Program-made: the position numbers and the translations under genes
DNA from: Thermodesulfovibrionales bacterium
Lineage (GTDB): Bacteria > Nitrospirota > Thermodesulfovibrionia > Thermodesulfovibrionales > Dissulfurispiraceae
Reading direction: 5' to 3'
Assembly: GCA_030017995.1 (NCBI GenBank)
Contig: JASEGS010000002.1
Location: forward strand, 21,463-85,462
Length of the DNA stretch: 64,000 nucleotides
The notes under the pieces: model-generated
The model's database searches: none
Told to the model about the DNA's origin: nothing
What the model saw: only the letters and a program-made list of their open reading frames with translations
In this document: piece by piece, positions 9,361 to 18,900 of the stretch
How the letters are laid out: each line of letters begins with the position of its first letter
Numbering within the stretch: position 1 is the first letter of the stretch

Positions 9361-9561
9361 ATGGATGGCAGGTATAGCTGAAAAGCCTTTAGGAATGCGA
9401 TAAGATTATTAGATGCCTGTTTATATTGTTTAATATAAAGGTTATATTTGAAGTTGCCCCTTAAACCCCGTTAGAAAGTTTCTTTCTAACGGGGTAAACG
9501 TCTGAGGGTTCGGCGCTAAGGTATCGCTCCTAAAGGCTTTTCAGCTATACCTGCCATCCAT
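9361..9561 (+). repeat. structured repeat element, family X, copy 2 (perfect 34-bp outer stem, extra internal hairpin)
   Basis: ATGGATGGCAGGTATAGCTGAAAAGCCTTTAGGA (9361..9394) is the exact reverse complement of 9528..9561. Core 9395..9527. Additional 14-bp hairpin at 9465..9495. Confidence 0.85.
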
Positions 9562-9577
9562 ATTGAACTTAGGATGA

Positions 9578-9605
9578 ATGACTGCGGATTAAGGTGTGTT
9601 ATAAT
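9578..9605 (+). promoter_or_regulatory. promoter candidate for the cdaA operon (extended -10)
   Basis: ATGACT (9578..9583), 16-nt spacer, TGtTATAAT (9597..9605). Confidence 0.4.
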
Positions 9606-9649
9606 TTATTTTATACATTATTGCAATTTCTTGAAAAGCGGAGGGAATT

Positions 9650-10432
9650 TTGTTAGACCTGTTGAGACAGATTAGATGGCAGGACTTGCTTGACATTGTG
9701 ATCGTCTCAATAATCTTCTACCGCATCCTGCTCATTATAAAAGGCACAAAGGCAGCAAAAATGCTTGCAGGATTGGGAATCCTGCTGGTAGCCTCTTTTT
9801 TTTCGAGATACCTTCAGCTATATACAATGGACTGGCTTATACAGAGTTTCTGGGCACAGGTAGTTATAGTGCTAATTGTCCTTTTCCAGCCCGAGATAAG
9901 AAAGGCCCTCGCCAAGATGGGGGAGTCTCCGTTCCTTCAGTTCGCCTCGGCTGAAGAGTTAAGGTCATTGGAAGAGATAGTAAAGACAGCAGTGGCGCTG
10001 GCAAACAGAAAGATAGGGGCTTTAATAGTAATTGAAAGGGATGTGAGTTTAAAAGATTATGTTGAAATAGGCACGCCTCTTGATGCAAAAGTCACAAAGG
10101 AATTGCTTCTGAGCATATTCCATCCTACCTCGCCAATCCATGACGGCGCTGTTGTTATTCGCGGCAACAGGATAGTTGCTGCAGGATGTTTTTTGCCAAT
10201 TACATTAGGCACAGATGTGGGCAAGACATTTGGAACGCGCCACAGGGCTGGTATCGGCATTACAGAGGAGACAGACGCGGTGGTTATCGTTGTGTCTGAA
10301 GAGACAGGCATGATCTCAGTAGCGGTTCATGGTAAACTGGAGACCCATATTGATATGGGAACATTAAGGGATATGCTTACAGATCTTTTTACAGAATCTA
10401 AAAAAGAAAAGGGGCCAGAAGGCAGGAGATGA
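9650..10432 (+). CDS. cdaA: diadenylate cyclase CdaA
   Basis: 260 aa. Three N-terminal TM helices. DAC domain motifs HDGAVVI, GTRHRAGIG, VVSEETG. TTG start after GGAGGG. Confidence 0.93.
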   Translation: MLDLLRQIRWQDLLDIVIVSIIFYRILLIIKGTKAAKMLAGLGILLVASFFSRYLQLYTMDWLIQSFWAQVVIVLIVLFQPEIRKALAKMGESPFLQFASAEELRSLEEIVKTAVALANRKIGALIVIERDVSLKDYVEIGTPLDAKVTKELLLSIFHPTSPIHDGAVVIRGNRIVAAGCFLPITLGTDVGKTFGTRHRAGIGITEETDAVVIVVSEETGMISVAVHGKLETHIDMGTLRDMLTDLFTESKKEKGPEGRR

Positions 10433-11076
10433 ATAAAAAAATATTCAATAACATGGGATTGAAGATACTCTCTGTGGCTATCGCCATATCCCTGTGGTTT
10501 TTTGTTACATACAGGGGGCAATCGGAGATGGTCATTGATGCGCCTATTGAGTTTAAGAATGTGCCGGAGAGATTGGAACTCCTGAAACAGAATATAAAGG
10601 TGGTAAGTCTGAACATAAGTGGACATGAGAGGCTTTTAAAGGGTTTAAATCCAATGGCTGTGAGAGTGGTTATTGACCTCGCTAATGCAAAGAAAGGCGA
10701 GACCTTGTATTATTTTGATAAAAACAATGTGGTTATCCATAGCAATATAAAAGTTCTAAGGATGGATCCTATGAGCGTAAGGGTGACTCTGGATGAATCA
10801 ATATCAAAAATAGTGCCGGTGAGGGTTAATATTACTGGCGTCCCTGAAAGCGGATATAGAATAAAGTCAGTTAAAGCAAGGCCATTATCTGTTGAAGTGG
10901 AAGGCGCAAAGATAGAAATAGACAGGATCTTTGTTTTGAGGACAGAGTCCCTCGATATATCAGGACTTAACTCCAGCACTATACAAAATGTGAAGCTGAA
11001 CACTGAGGGCAAAAATATCAGGACAAAAAATTCAGAAATCAGCGTGGAAGTCATTATTGAGAAGGTAAAGAAATGA
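10429..11076 (+). CDS. cdaR: CdaA regulatory protein CdaR (YbbR-like domains)
   Basis: 215 aa. N-terminal TM segment and YbbR-like repeats. Sits in the conserved cdaA-cdaR-glmM position with 4-nt overlaps at both ends. Confidence 0.75.
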   Translation: MNKKIFNNMGLKILSVAIAISLWFFVTYRGQSEMVIDAPIEFKNVPERLELLKQNIKVVSLNISGHERLLKGLNPMAVRVVIDLANAKKGETLYYFDKNNVVIHSNIKVLRMDPMSVRVTLDESISKIVPVRVNITGVPESGYRIKSVKARPLSVEVEGAKIEIDRIFVLRTESLDISGLNSSTIQNVKLNTEGKNIRTKNSEISVEVIIEKVKK

Positions 11077-12440
11077 GGTTATTCGGCACTGATGGAATAA
11101 GAGGCAGAGTAAATAAGGCTCCAATGATTCCGGAAAATGTTCTAAGAACAGGCATGGCTATTGCTCATGTGTTAAAAAACAATCCCCAAAATGATCATGG
11201 ACGGAATATGGTGTTGATCGGTAAAGACACCAGGCTCTCTGGTTATATGATCGAGAGTTCCCTTACATCGGGCATATGTTCCATGGGAATGAATGTGACC
11301 CTAGTAGGACCTGTGCCGACCCCGGCGGTTTCTTTCCTGGCACGCACATTAAGGCTTGATGCGGGCATAGTGATTTCAGCCTCTCATAATCCATTTGAAG
11401 ATAACGGCATAAAAGTATTTTCTGCAAGCGGCTTTAAGCTTTCTGATGAACTGGAGAGGGAGATAGAAAGGCTTGTGGCTGATAATGATTTCCCTAAAAA
11501 AAGACCATCAGGAGAGAAGATAGGCAGGGCGTTCAGACTGGATGATGCCACCGGCAGATACATAGAGTATGTAAAATCTACAATACCAAAGGGCGTAGAT
11601 CTTGAGGGATTGAAGGTGGTGGTGGATGCAGCCAATGGCGCTGCTTATAAGGTCACCCAATGGCTGCTAAGGGAATTAGGGGCAGAGGTAATATCTATCA
11701 ACGATAAACCTGATGGTATAAATATTAATGACAACTGTGGTTCTTTGCACATGGATTGTCTTATCAAAACAGTTAAGGAGACTGCTGCCCATGTGGGAAT
11801 AGCTCATGATGGGGATGCGGACAGGACCATTTTTGTGGATGAAAAGGGCAATGTTGTGGACGGTGATCTGATATTGGGGATATGGGCAACAGAACTTAAA
11901 AGGGAAGATAAGCTGAAGGGCAATGGAATTGTCGCCACTGTTATGTCCAACCTGGGTCTTGAGAGATATTTAGAAAGATTAGATATCAGACTTATCAGAA
12001 CAAAGGTGGGAGATAGATATGTTGTGGAAGAGATGAAAAGGGGTGGATATAATCTGGGAGGGGAACAGTCAGGGCATATAATATTTTTTGATTACAACAC
12101 TACAGGAGATGGCCCTGTAACAGCCCTTCAGATCTTATGCCTTATGAGGAAGAAAAACAAACTCATCTCTGAGCTGACAAGCAATATAGACCTCTATCCA
12201 CAAGTGCTTTTAAATGTTCCTGTTTCTGATAAGAAGAAATTAGAGGATGTCCCGGCTATAAAAAAGGTTATTGATGAATCTGTAAAAAAACTTGGAAACA
12301 GGGGCAGAATACTTGTGAGACCTTCGGGAACAGAGTCGAAGATAAGGGTTATGGTTGAGGCAGATGATTTAGATATTGCAAGAAATCTGGCTGAAGATAT
12401 GGCAGGGGTTATAAGAAAAACCATGGGCGAGAGACAATAG
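11073..12440 (+). CDS. glmM: phosphoglucosamine mutase
   Basis: 455 aa. MRLFGTDGIRG start. Phosphoserine loop ISASHNPFEDNGIK. GDADR metal loop. Confidence 0.96.
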   Translation: MRLFGTDGIRGRVNKAPMIPENVLRTGMAIAHVLKNNPQNDHGRNMVLIGKDTRLSGYMIESSLTSGICSMGMNVTLVGPVPTPAVSFLARTLRLDAGIVISASHNPFEDNGIKVFSASGFKLSDELEREIERLVADNDFPKKRPSGEKIGRAFRLDDATGRYIEYVKSTIPKGVDLEGLKVVVDAANGAAYKVTQWLLRELGAEVISINDKPDGININDNCGSLHMDCLIKTVKETAAHVGIAHDGDADRTIFVDEKGNVVDGDLILGIWATELKREDKLKGNGIVATVMSNLGLERYLERLDIRLIRTKVGDRYVVEEMKRGGYNLGGEQSGHIIFFDYNTTGDGPVTALQILCLMRKKNKLISELTSNIDLYPQVLLNVPVSDKKKLEDVPAIKKVIDESVKKLGNRGRILVRPSGTESKIRVMVEADDLDIARNLAEDMAGVIRKTMGERQ

Positions 12441-12461
12441 GATATGCGTTTATCTGAATAG

Positions 12462-14885
12462 ATGTCCTATTTCATTTTTTTCATTTGCGGCGCAGCGCTT
12501 TTTTACATTCATAGATACTTTCCATTTACAAGCCTTTCTATATTCATGGTAATTGCAGGCCTGCATTTATTTTTCAGCACAAAGAAAAAGTTTGCTCGCA
12601 GTTCATTTCTTGGCGCTGCCTCAATGGTGATTATTGCCTTCCTTGGGTTCTATTATGCCAATCTTTGGCATAAACCACAGATCCCTCCCTCAGAGATTGC
12701 CGGCAGGAGTGTAATAGTCGAGGGCATTGCAAGATCAGAAGCAGTTCAGTTAACCAATGGCGTTTTCTCGCAATTGATTGAAGTTAAAAAAGCAGAGGAT
12801 GAACATGGGAATATAATAAATTTAAAAGAGATCAAATTATTCAGCAATGCCCGGTTTAGCAATAACAGAATATTTATGATAAAGGCAAAGATCCCTGCTG
12901 AATCTTATTTCCTGAATCCATGGGGTGTAAGAAATCGTGTTCATGGTTATGTCTATGAGACAATTGAGACAGGCAGTAGAGACTTGGGATTTTTCGAGGA
13001 AACAAGGCTCAAACTCAATAGATTTTTAAAGGATAATTTTACAAGTGAATCTTCCGCATTTCTCATGTCCATTATAACAGGGGAGAGAGGTTTGCTAAAG
13101 AAGGAGACGAGAGACGCATTTAACTCAACAGGGCTTGCCCATATACTTAGCATATCAGGAGCTCACTTTGGATTGTTATTCTTTATCGTGTTCAAGTTTT
13201 TTAGAGTTTTGGTGAAACTGCTTCCGTATAATCTTCTTGCAAGATTAACGCTCTATATTACGCCGTCTCAGATAGCCGCAGTTCTGTCTATCCCGGTAAT
13301 GATCGGCTATCTCGGCATTTCAGATATGAGTTTTCCAGCCATCAGGTCATTTATCATGATAACCCTCTTTCTCTTTGGTCTCGTGATCCAAAGAAGAGGT
13401 TTTTGGCTGAATACATTGCTCTTTGCAGCAGTCGTGATAATTTTGATCCAGCCTGATTCGATCCTCGACCTCTCATTCCAGCTTTCTTTTATTGCTGTAT
13501 TGTGCATTGGACTGACAGCAGAACAGAAGGGCGGAAGAGCAGAAGAGCAGCAGTTTAAAAAAGAGGGAGCAACTCCATATGTCGAAGCTACCGGTCTACT
13601 GCTCTACTGGTCTGCTGCTCTAAAGTTCTGCTCTTCTGCGCTGAAAATTTCCCTCGCTGCAACCATTGGCACAGCGCCAATTGTGGCTTATTATTTTCAT
13701 TATTTCTCCCTTATATCGCCTCTTGCAAATCTTATTATTACGCCTGTTATTGGATTCATTATCCTCCCTGCAGCGCTTATCTCTTCATTTATCTTTCTTG
13801 TATCCGGCATCTTTCCTGCTCATGCAATTATAGACAAGCTCACCGCATTTGTTATCTCAGCAATAAAATATATTGCACAGTGGGGTTTTACAGAAGTGAA
13901 GATAGCAGCCTTTCCTCTCATATTGCTTGTGATGTTTTATGCCGGGATATTGTTTTATGTGTTCATAAAGAACAGGCAGGAACAGTCCAAAGCGTTATCT
14001 GTTATTTTGACGATAACCGTTTCTGTCATCCCATTTATCGTCTATGCAGTTATAAGGTTTTCTGAGCACAAGGGTATACAGATTACCTATCTTGATGTAG
14101 GGCAGGGAGATTCTGCTGTGGTCGAATTGTCTGATAAAAGGATACTTGTAGTGGATACAGGCAGAAACGGTTTTCAGACAGGCGAGTTTTTGCGATATAG
14201 AGGCATTAAAGAGATCGACGCTGTCGTTTTATCTCATGGTCAATCAGACCATGCAGGCGGCATAGAACAGCTTATAAAGAACTTTAAGGTCAATGAGATA
14301 TGGGATAACGGCAGGCAGGTTTATCCAGAGGGTTTTTTAAAAGGCATTCGGCACAGGGTATTACAGCGGGGAGATGTTGTGAAAGGCAATGGATATAGAA
14401 TTGTATTTGTCCATCCATATGATGGATTTTACACGCTATATTCGGGTAACAATGATGAAAACAACGAATGTCTTGTATTCAAGATTCAGGGGATTAAAAA
14501 TACTTTTCTCTTTACAGGGGACATTGAGGAAGAGGCTGAAAGCGATATTGCACATTTAGACGAGAAGATTAAGAGCAGTGTTTTAAAGGTTCCGCACCAC
14601 GGAAGCCGGACATCCACATCAGAAATATTTATGTATGCAGTTTCTCCTGAGATCGCGGTAATAAGCTCAGGGAGGAGAAATTCATACGGCCATCCTCATG
14701 AAGAGACGCTTGATAAATTTGGCAATATCCGTGTGCTGAGGACAGATCTGGATGGAGCGATAAATATAAGAGAACTATCCGATGGAAGCCTTAAAATCCG
14801 GACATGGAAGGACTTTCAGATAACAGAGGTAAAAGGGTTGAAACAAGAATTCAAGAATTTAGAAAAACTATTTCTTGTATGGTAG
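12462..14885 (+). CDS. comEC: DNA internalization-related competence protein ComEC/Rec2, with an in-frame repeat insertion
   Basis: 807 aa. Polytopic competence domain plus C-terminal MBL domain (YLDVGQGDS, LSHGQSDHAGG, VPHHGS). Confidence 0.85.
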   Translation: MSYFIFFICGAALFYIHRYFPFTSLSIFMVIAGLHLFFSTKKKFARSSFLGAASMVIIAFLGFYYANLWHKPQIPPSEIAGRSVIVEGIARSEAVQLTNGVFSQLIEVKKAEDEHGNIINLKEIKLFSNARFSNNRIFMIKAKIPAESYFLNPWGVRNRVHGYVYETIETGSRDLGFFEETRLKLNRFLKDNFTSESSAFLMSIITGERGLLKKETRDAFNSTGLAHILSISGAHFGLLFFIVFKFFRVLVKLLPYNLLARLTLYITPSQIAAVLSIPVMIGYLGISDMSFPAIRSFIMITLFLFGLVIQRRGFWLNTLLFAAVVIILIQPDSILDLSFQLSFIAVLCIGLTAEQKGGRAEEQQFKKEGATPYVEATGLLLYWSAALKFCSSALKISLAATIGTAPIVAYYFHYFSLISPLANLIITPVIGFIILPAALISSFIFLVSGIFPAHAIIDKLTAFVISAIKYIAQWGFTEVKIAAFPLILLVMFYAGILFYVFIKNRQEQSKALSVILTITVSVIPFIVYAVIRFSEHKGIQITYLDVGQGDSAVVELSDKRILVVDTGRNGFQTGEFLRYRGIKEIDAVVLSHGQSDHAGGIEQLIKNFKVNEIWDNGRQVYPEGFLKGIRHRVLQRGDVVKGNGYRIVFVHPYDGFYTLYSGNNDENNECLVFKIQGIKNTFLFTGDIEEEAESDIAHLDEKIKSSVLKVPHHGSRTSTSEIFMYAVSPEIAVISSGRRNSYGHPHEETLDKFGNIRVLRTDLDGAINIRELSDGSLKIRTWKDFQITEVKGLKQEFKNLEKLFLVW
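13516..13643. repeat. palindromic GAGCAGAA-family element inside comEC
   Basis: Left arm CAGCAGAACAGAAGGGCGGAAGAGCAGAAGAGCAGCAG. Right arm CTACTGCTCTACTGGTCTGCTGCTCTAAAGTTCTGCTCTTCTGCGCTG. Read through in frame as AEQKGGRAEEQQFKKEGATPYVEATGLLLYWSAALKFCSSAL. Confidence 0.8.
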
Positions 14886-14896
14886 AATGAAAAACT

Positions 14897-15520
14897 ATGA
14901 TAGCGATTGTTGACTATGGAATGGGGAACATAAGAAGCGTTGAAAAAGGGTTCCTGAAGGTCGGGGCTGATGCCATGGTGACATCAAACCCTAAGGTTAT
15001 TTCTGATGCAAAGGCTATAGTGCTTCCGGGAGTGGGCGCATTCAAGGATTGCATGAAAAACTTAGACGATCTCAAGCTCCTCGATACAGTTGTCCGAGAG
15101 ATTCAAAAGGGCAAGCCATATTTAGGAATATGCCTTGGTCTGCAGATACTTTTCACAGAGTCTGAAGAATTCGGCATCTGCAAAGGACTCGACGTATTTA
15201 AAGGCAGGGTCGTCAAGTTCAGATTTCCGGATGACAGCGATTTGAAGATCCCGCACATGGGATGGAATACGGTAATGCTGACACCCCCCCCCCCGATATT
15301 CGACGAAATCCCGGATAATTCATATTTTTATTTTGTCCACTCATTTTATGTAATCCCTGAAGATGAAGAAATCATTGCAGGCAGAACAGAGTATGGACTT
15401 GAGTTCACCTCCATGGTCTGGAAAGACAATATATTTGCAACCCAGTTTCATCCTGAAAAAAGCCAGGAGTTGGGGCTGAAAATACTCAAAGGATTCGGCG
15501 AATTCGCAAACAAGGCATGA
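14897..15520 (+). CDS. hisH: imidazole glycerol phosphate synthase, glutamine amidotransferase subunit
   Basis: 207 aa. MIAIVDYGMGN start. Nucleophile elbow LGICLGLQ. C-terminal HPEKS. Confidence 0.93.
   Translation: MIAIVDYGMGNIRSVEKGFLKVGADAMVTSNPKVISDAKAIVLPGVGAFKDCMKNLDDLKLLDTVVREIQKGKPYLGICLGLQILFTESEEFGICKGLDVFKGRVVKFRFPDDSDLKIPHMGWNTVMLTPPPPIFDEIPDNSYFYFVHSFYVIPEDEEIIAGRTEYGLEFTSMVWKDNIFATQFHPEKSQELGLKILKGFGEFANKA
15284..15294 (+). repeat. homopolymeric C11 tract inside hisH
   Basis: Eleven consecutive C, encoding PPPP in LTPPPPIF. Confidence 0.95.
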
Positions 15521-17403
15521 GCGGCGTTAAAAGTATTATTCTCGGAACTGCAGGTCATATTGACCACGGAAAGAGTTCTCTCGTAAAAGCTCTTACAGGC
15601 ACTGACCCTGACAGACTCAAGGAAGAAAAAGAGAGAGGCATAACCATAGACTTGGGTTTTGCAAATCTTGCCTATCCTGACGGCCTCACAGTCGGCATTG
15701 TCGATGTTCCGGGACATGAAAAGCTCATAAAGAATATGCTTGCAGGCGCCGGCGGCATTGATATTGTTTTGATGGTAATTGCGGCTGATGAGGGCATTAT
15801 GCCTCAAAGCAGGGAGCATCTGGCTATATGTGAATTATTAAAGATAAAGGCTGGAATTGTGGCAGTAACAAAGGCAGATCTTGTAGATAAAGACTGGCTC
15901 AGCCTTGTCATAGATGACGTGAGGGGGTTTGTAAAAGGCACATTTCTGGAAAATGCGGATATTGTGCCAGTATCAGCAAGGACAGGACTAAATATAGATT
16001 TGCTGAAGGAAAAGATAAAAGAGGTTGCGGGGAATGTAAAACCGAAATTGGTAGAAGGCCTGTTCAGGCTTTCTATAGACAGGGTTTTTACGCTGAAAGG
16101 ATTTGGAACAGTGGTAACAGGCACGGCCTTGTCCGGGACAATAACGCCGGACGCTCCTGTGGAAATACTCCCGTCAAAGATTGTATCAAAGGTAAGAGGT
16201 TTGCAAAGCCACGGCAGGAGTGTTGATAAGGCATATGCAGGTCAGAGAATAGGCATCAATCTTCAGGGTGTTGACAAGGAAGCATTAAAGAGAGGGGATG
16301 TTGTTGTTCCGCCTGACCGTTTTATGCCGACAAAGGTAATAGACGCTAAACTTGAGATGCTCGCAGATGCGCCACCCGTAAAGAGCAGGGGGCTTGTGCA
16401 TTTTTATTCCGGCACTGCGGAAACAATCGCAAGGATTATAATTTATGACAAAGATGAGATAAAAGCAGGAGAACAATGCTACTGCCAGTTCAGACTTGAA
16501 GAGCCTGTTATAATTTTGTCAGGAGACCGGTATATTATCAGAAGATTTTCGCCTCTTGAGACAATAGGCGGCGGAGAGATTCTTGACCCTTATCCTCCTA
16601 AGAGGAAGAAGAAAGAGGGGATAGAGGATCTTTTGAGCATTGAAAAGGGGGATCTGAAGGACAAGATTGAAGTGAAGGTTGAAAAATCAGGCTTTAATGG
16701 TTGTACAGCCTCTGATATAGAAGGATGGATACAGGGCAATATACCTGAAATAACGGCAGCTATCGAGCAGCTTTCCAAAGAGGGCAAGTTGATCAAGAGT
16801 CAGAATGTTCTGTTCCATCGTAAAATTTTTGATTCCTTTAGAGACATGGTCAAATCAACCCTAAGTCAGTTTCATAAAGGAAATCCGCTGAAGTCAGGCA
16901 TTTCAAAAGAAGAATTAAGGGCAAGGATGCCGGTTCCTGCATCCAGGTTTTTAAATCTCATAACTATGATAGATGATATAGCGGCAGAGAAGGATGTAAT
17001 CAGGCTTAAAGATTTCAAAGCATCTCTATCTGAGGTGGAAGAAGGGATCAAATGCAGGATAATTGCTGCCCTGAACAAAGATGGGTTTCAGCCCCCCACG
17101 AAATCAGAGCTTGCGCAGAAACTGTCTGTTTCCGAAAAAGAGCTTGCAGATCTTTTAAAGCTCCTAACAAAGGATTCTGTAGTGTTTAGGATTAATGATT
17201 CAATGTATATAACCAAGGGACAGTACGATAAGATGATAGATTTGCTGAAGGACTTCTATTGCAAAAAGCAGGAGATGACAGTGGCTGAATTCAGGGACAT
17301 CCTTGGGACAACGCGCAAATATGCCATGCCTATTCTTGAATACCTCGATTCTCACAAAATTACACTGAGGGTTGGGGATATCAGAAAGTTCGTGTTAAAA
17401 TAA
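15517..17403 (+). CDS. selB: selenocysteine-specific translation elongation factor
   Basis: 628 aa. GTPase motifs [18 protein letters not shown]. Long C-terminal winged-helix extension typical of bacterial SelB. Confidence 0.93.
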   Translation: MSGVKSIILGTAGHIDHGKSSLVKALTGTDPDRLKEEKERGITIDLGFANLAYPDGLTVGIVDVPGHEKLIKNMLAGAGGIDIVLMVIAADEGIMPQSREHLAICELLKIKAGIVAVTKADLVDKDWLSLVIDDVRGFVKGTFLENADIVPVSARTGLNIDLLKEKIKEVAGNVKPKLVEGLFRLSIDRVFTLKGFGTVVTGTALSGTITPDAPVEILPSKIVSKVRGLQSHGRSVDKAYAGQRIGINLQGVDKEALKRGDVVVPPDRFMPTKVIDAKLEMLADAPPVKSRGLVHFYSGTAETIARIIIYDKDEIKAGEQCYCQFRLEEPVIILSGDRYIIRRFSPLETIGGGEILDPYPPKRKKKEGIEDLLSIEKGDLKDKIEVKVEKSGFNGCTASDIEGWIQGNIPEITAAIEQLSKEGKLIKSQNVLFHRKIFDSFRDMVKSTLSQFHKGNPLKSGISKEELRARMPVPASRFLNLITMIDDIAAEKDVIRLKDFKASLSEVEEGIKCRIIAALNKDGFQPPTKSELAQKLSVSEKELADLLKLLTKDSVVFRINDSMYITKGQYDKMIDLLKDFYCKKQEMTVAEFRDILGTTRKYAMPILEYLDSHKITLRVGDIRKFVLK

Positions 17404-17409
17404 TACAAG

Positions 17410-18885
17410 TTGAATAAAAGGAGTTTTTTGATGAAAAAAAGACTACTCTGGATACCTATAATTCTTTTGATTGGATTTTTATTGGGCGGTATTACATATT
17501 ATCTCCTTAGCAAAACTACAACTTCTTCATATCCGCTTTTTATGCCGCGCATACCAAAGCAGATAGAAGAGACTTCACGGGCATTTTCAGAGATTGTGAA
17601 GTCTGTTTCTCCGGCAGTTGTTAATATATCAAGCACAAAGACAGTCAAAAGACAGCCGACACCCTTTGATGAGTTCTTTGATTTCTTTTATCCGTTTCCG
17701 GATGGGCATTCAAAGAAATGGAAGGAGCAGAGTCTCGGTTCGGGAGTTGTAGTGTCAGCAGATGGATATATAGTAACAAATAACCACGTTGTAGAACAGG
17801 CAGAGGAGATAAAGGTAATACTTATTGATAAAAGAAGTTACAAGGCAAGGGTTATAGGCGCAGACCCCAAAACCGATATTGCTATTATAAAGATTGATGC
17901 AAAAGGTCTTCCTGTAATACCATGGAGCGATTCTGACAAGCTTCAGGTGGGTGAATTTGTCCTTGCCATAGGCAATGCCTTTGGATTAAGCCATACAGTG
18001 ACCATGGGGATAATCAGCGCTGTTGGAAGGGCAGATGTGGGTATAGCCGATTATGAGAACTTTATACAGACAGATGCTGCTATTAATCCTGGCAATTCAG
18101 GCGGTCCGCTGGTAAATACCAAAGGAGAATTAATAGGGATAAATACTGCTATATTTTCAAGGACTGGAGGTTATCAGGGGATTGGCTTTGCTGTGCCGAG
18201 CAACATGGTGCGGCTTGTAATGGATCAACTTTTAAAACAAGGAAAAGTGACGAGGGGGTGGTTGGGTGTCACTATCCAGGAATTAACCCCGGAGCTTGCC
18301 CGTGAGTTTGGACTTAAGGTATCCGAGGGTGCGCTTATTAGCGATATAGCGAAAGGCAGCCCTGCTCATAAGGCAGGCATAATAAGGGGTGATATAATTC
18401 TTGAGTTCAATGGGAAAAAGATTAAGGATGTATCTACACTGAGGAACATGGTTGCTCAGAGCAAGATAGGCTCTCAGGTAGAACTAAAGGTTTTAAGAGG
18501 AAACAAGGAGATATCTGTTAAGGCAACTATAACTCAATTGCCGGAAATCATTGCAGATGCTGCGCCTGGTTCCTCTCCTGATATGAATATTAACGGCAAT
18601 GCGCTTTCCGGGATAACTGTAATGGATCTTAACCCTGCTATTGCAAAACAGTTGGGAATAGAAAAAGACGAAAGGGGCGTCGTTATTGTAAAAGTAGAGC
18701 CGGGTTCTCCTGCTGAAAATGCGGGCGTTAGGAAAGGGGATGTTTTAAACGAGATTAACAAACAAAAGGTTGATAATCTAAACGATTTTAACAGGATAGC
18801 TGCTAAAATAAGGCCGAATGAATCGATTTTATTGTTTATTAACCGTGGTGGCAGGAAATTTTATGCTGCGCTGCCACCCCACTGA
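17410..18885 (+). CDS. htrA: periplasmic serine endoprotease, DegP/HtrA (Do) family
   Basis: 491 aa. TM/signal anchor. Catalytic TNNHV, D, GNSGGPL. Two PDZ domains. Start could be the ATG at 17431. Confidence 0.92.
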   Translation: MNKRSFLMKKRLLWIPIILLIGFLLGGITYYLLSKTTTSSYPLFMPRIPKQIEETSRAFSEIVKSVSPAVVNISSTKTVKRQPTPFDEFFDFFYPFPDGHSKKWKEQSLGSGVVVSADGYIVTNNHVVEQAEEIKVILIDKRSYKARVIGADPKTDIAIIKIDAKGLPVIPWSDSDKLQVGEFVLAIGNAFGLSHTVTMGIISAVGRADVGIADYENFIQTDAAINPGNSGGPLVNTKGELIGINTAIFSRTGGYQGIGFAVPSNMVRLVMDQLLKQGKVTRGWLGVTIQELTPELAREFGLKVSEGALISDIAKGSPAHKAGIIRGDIILEFNGKKIKDVSTLRNMVAQSKIGSQVELKVLRGNKEISVKATITQLPEIIADAAPGSSPDMNINGNALSGITVMDLNPAIAKQLGIEKDERGVVIVKVEPGSPAENAGVRKGDVLNEINKQKVDNLNDFNRIAAKIRPNESILLFINRGGRKFYAALPPH

Positions 18886-18900
18886 GAGGCAGGTGATTAA

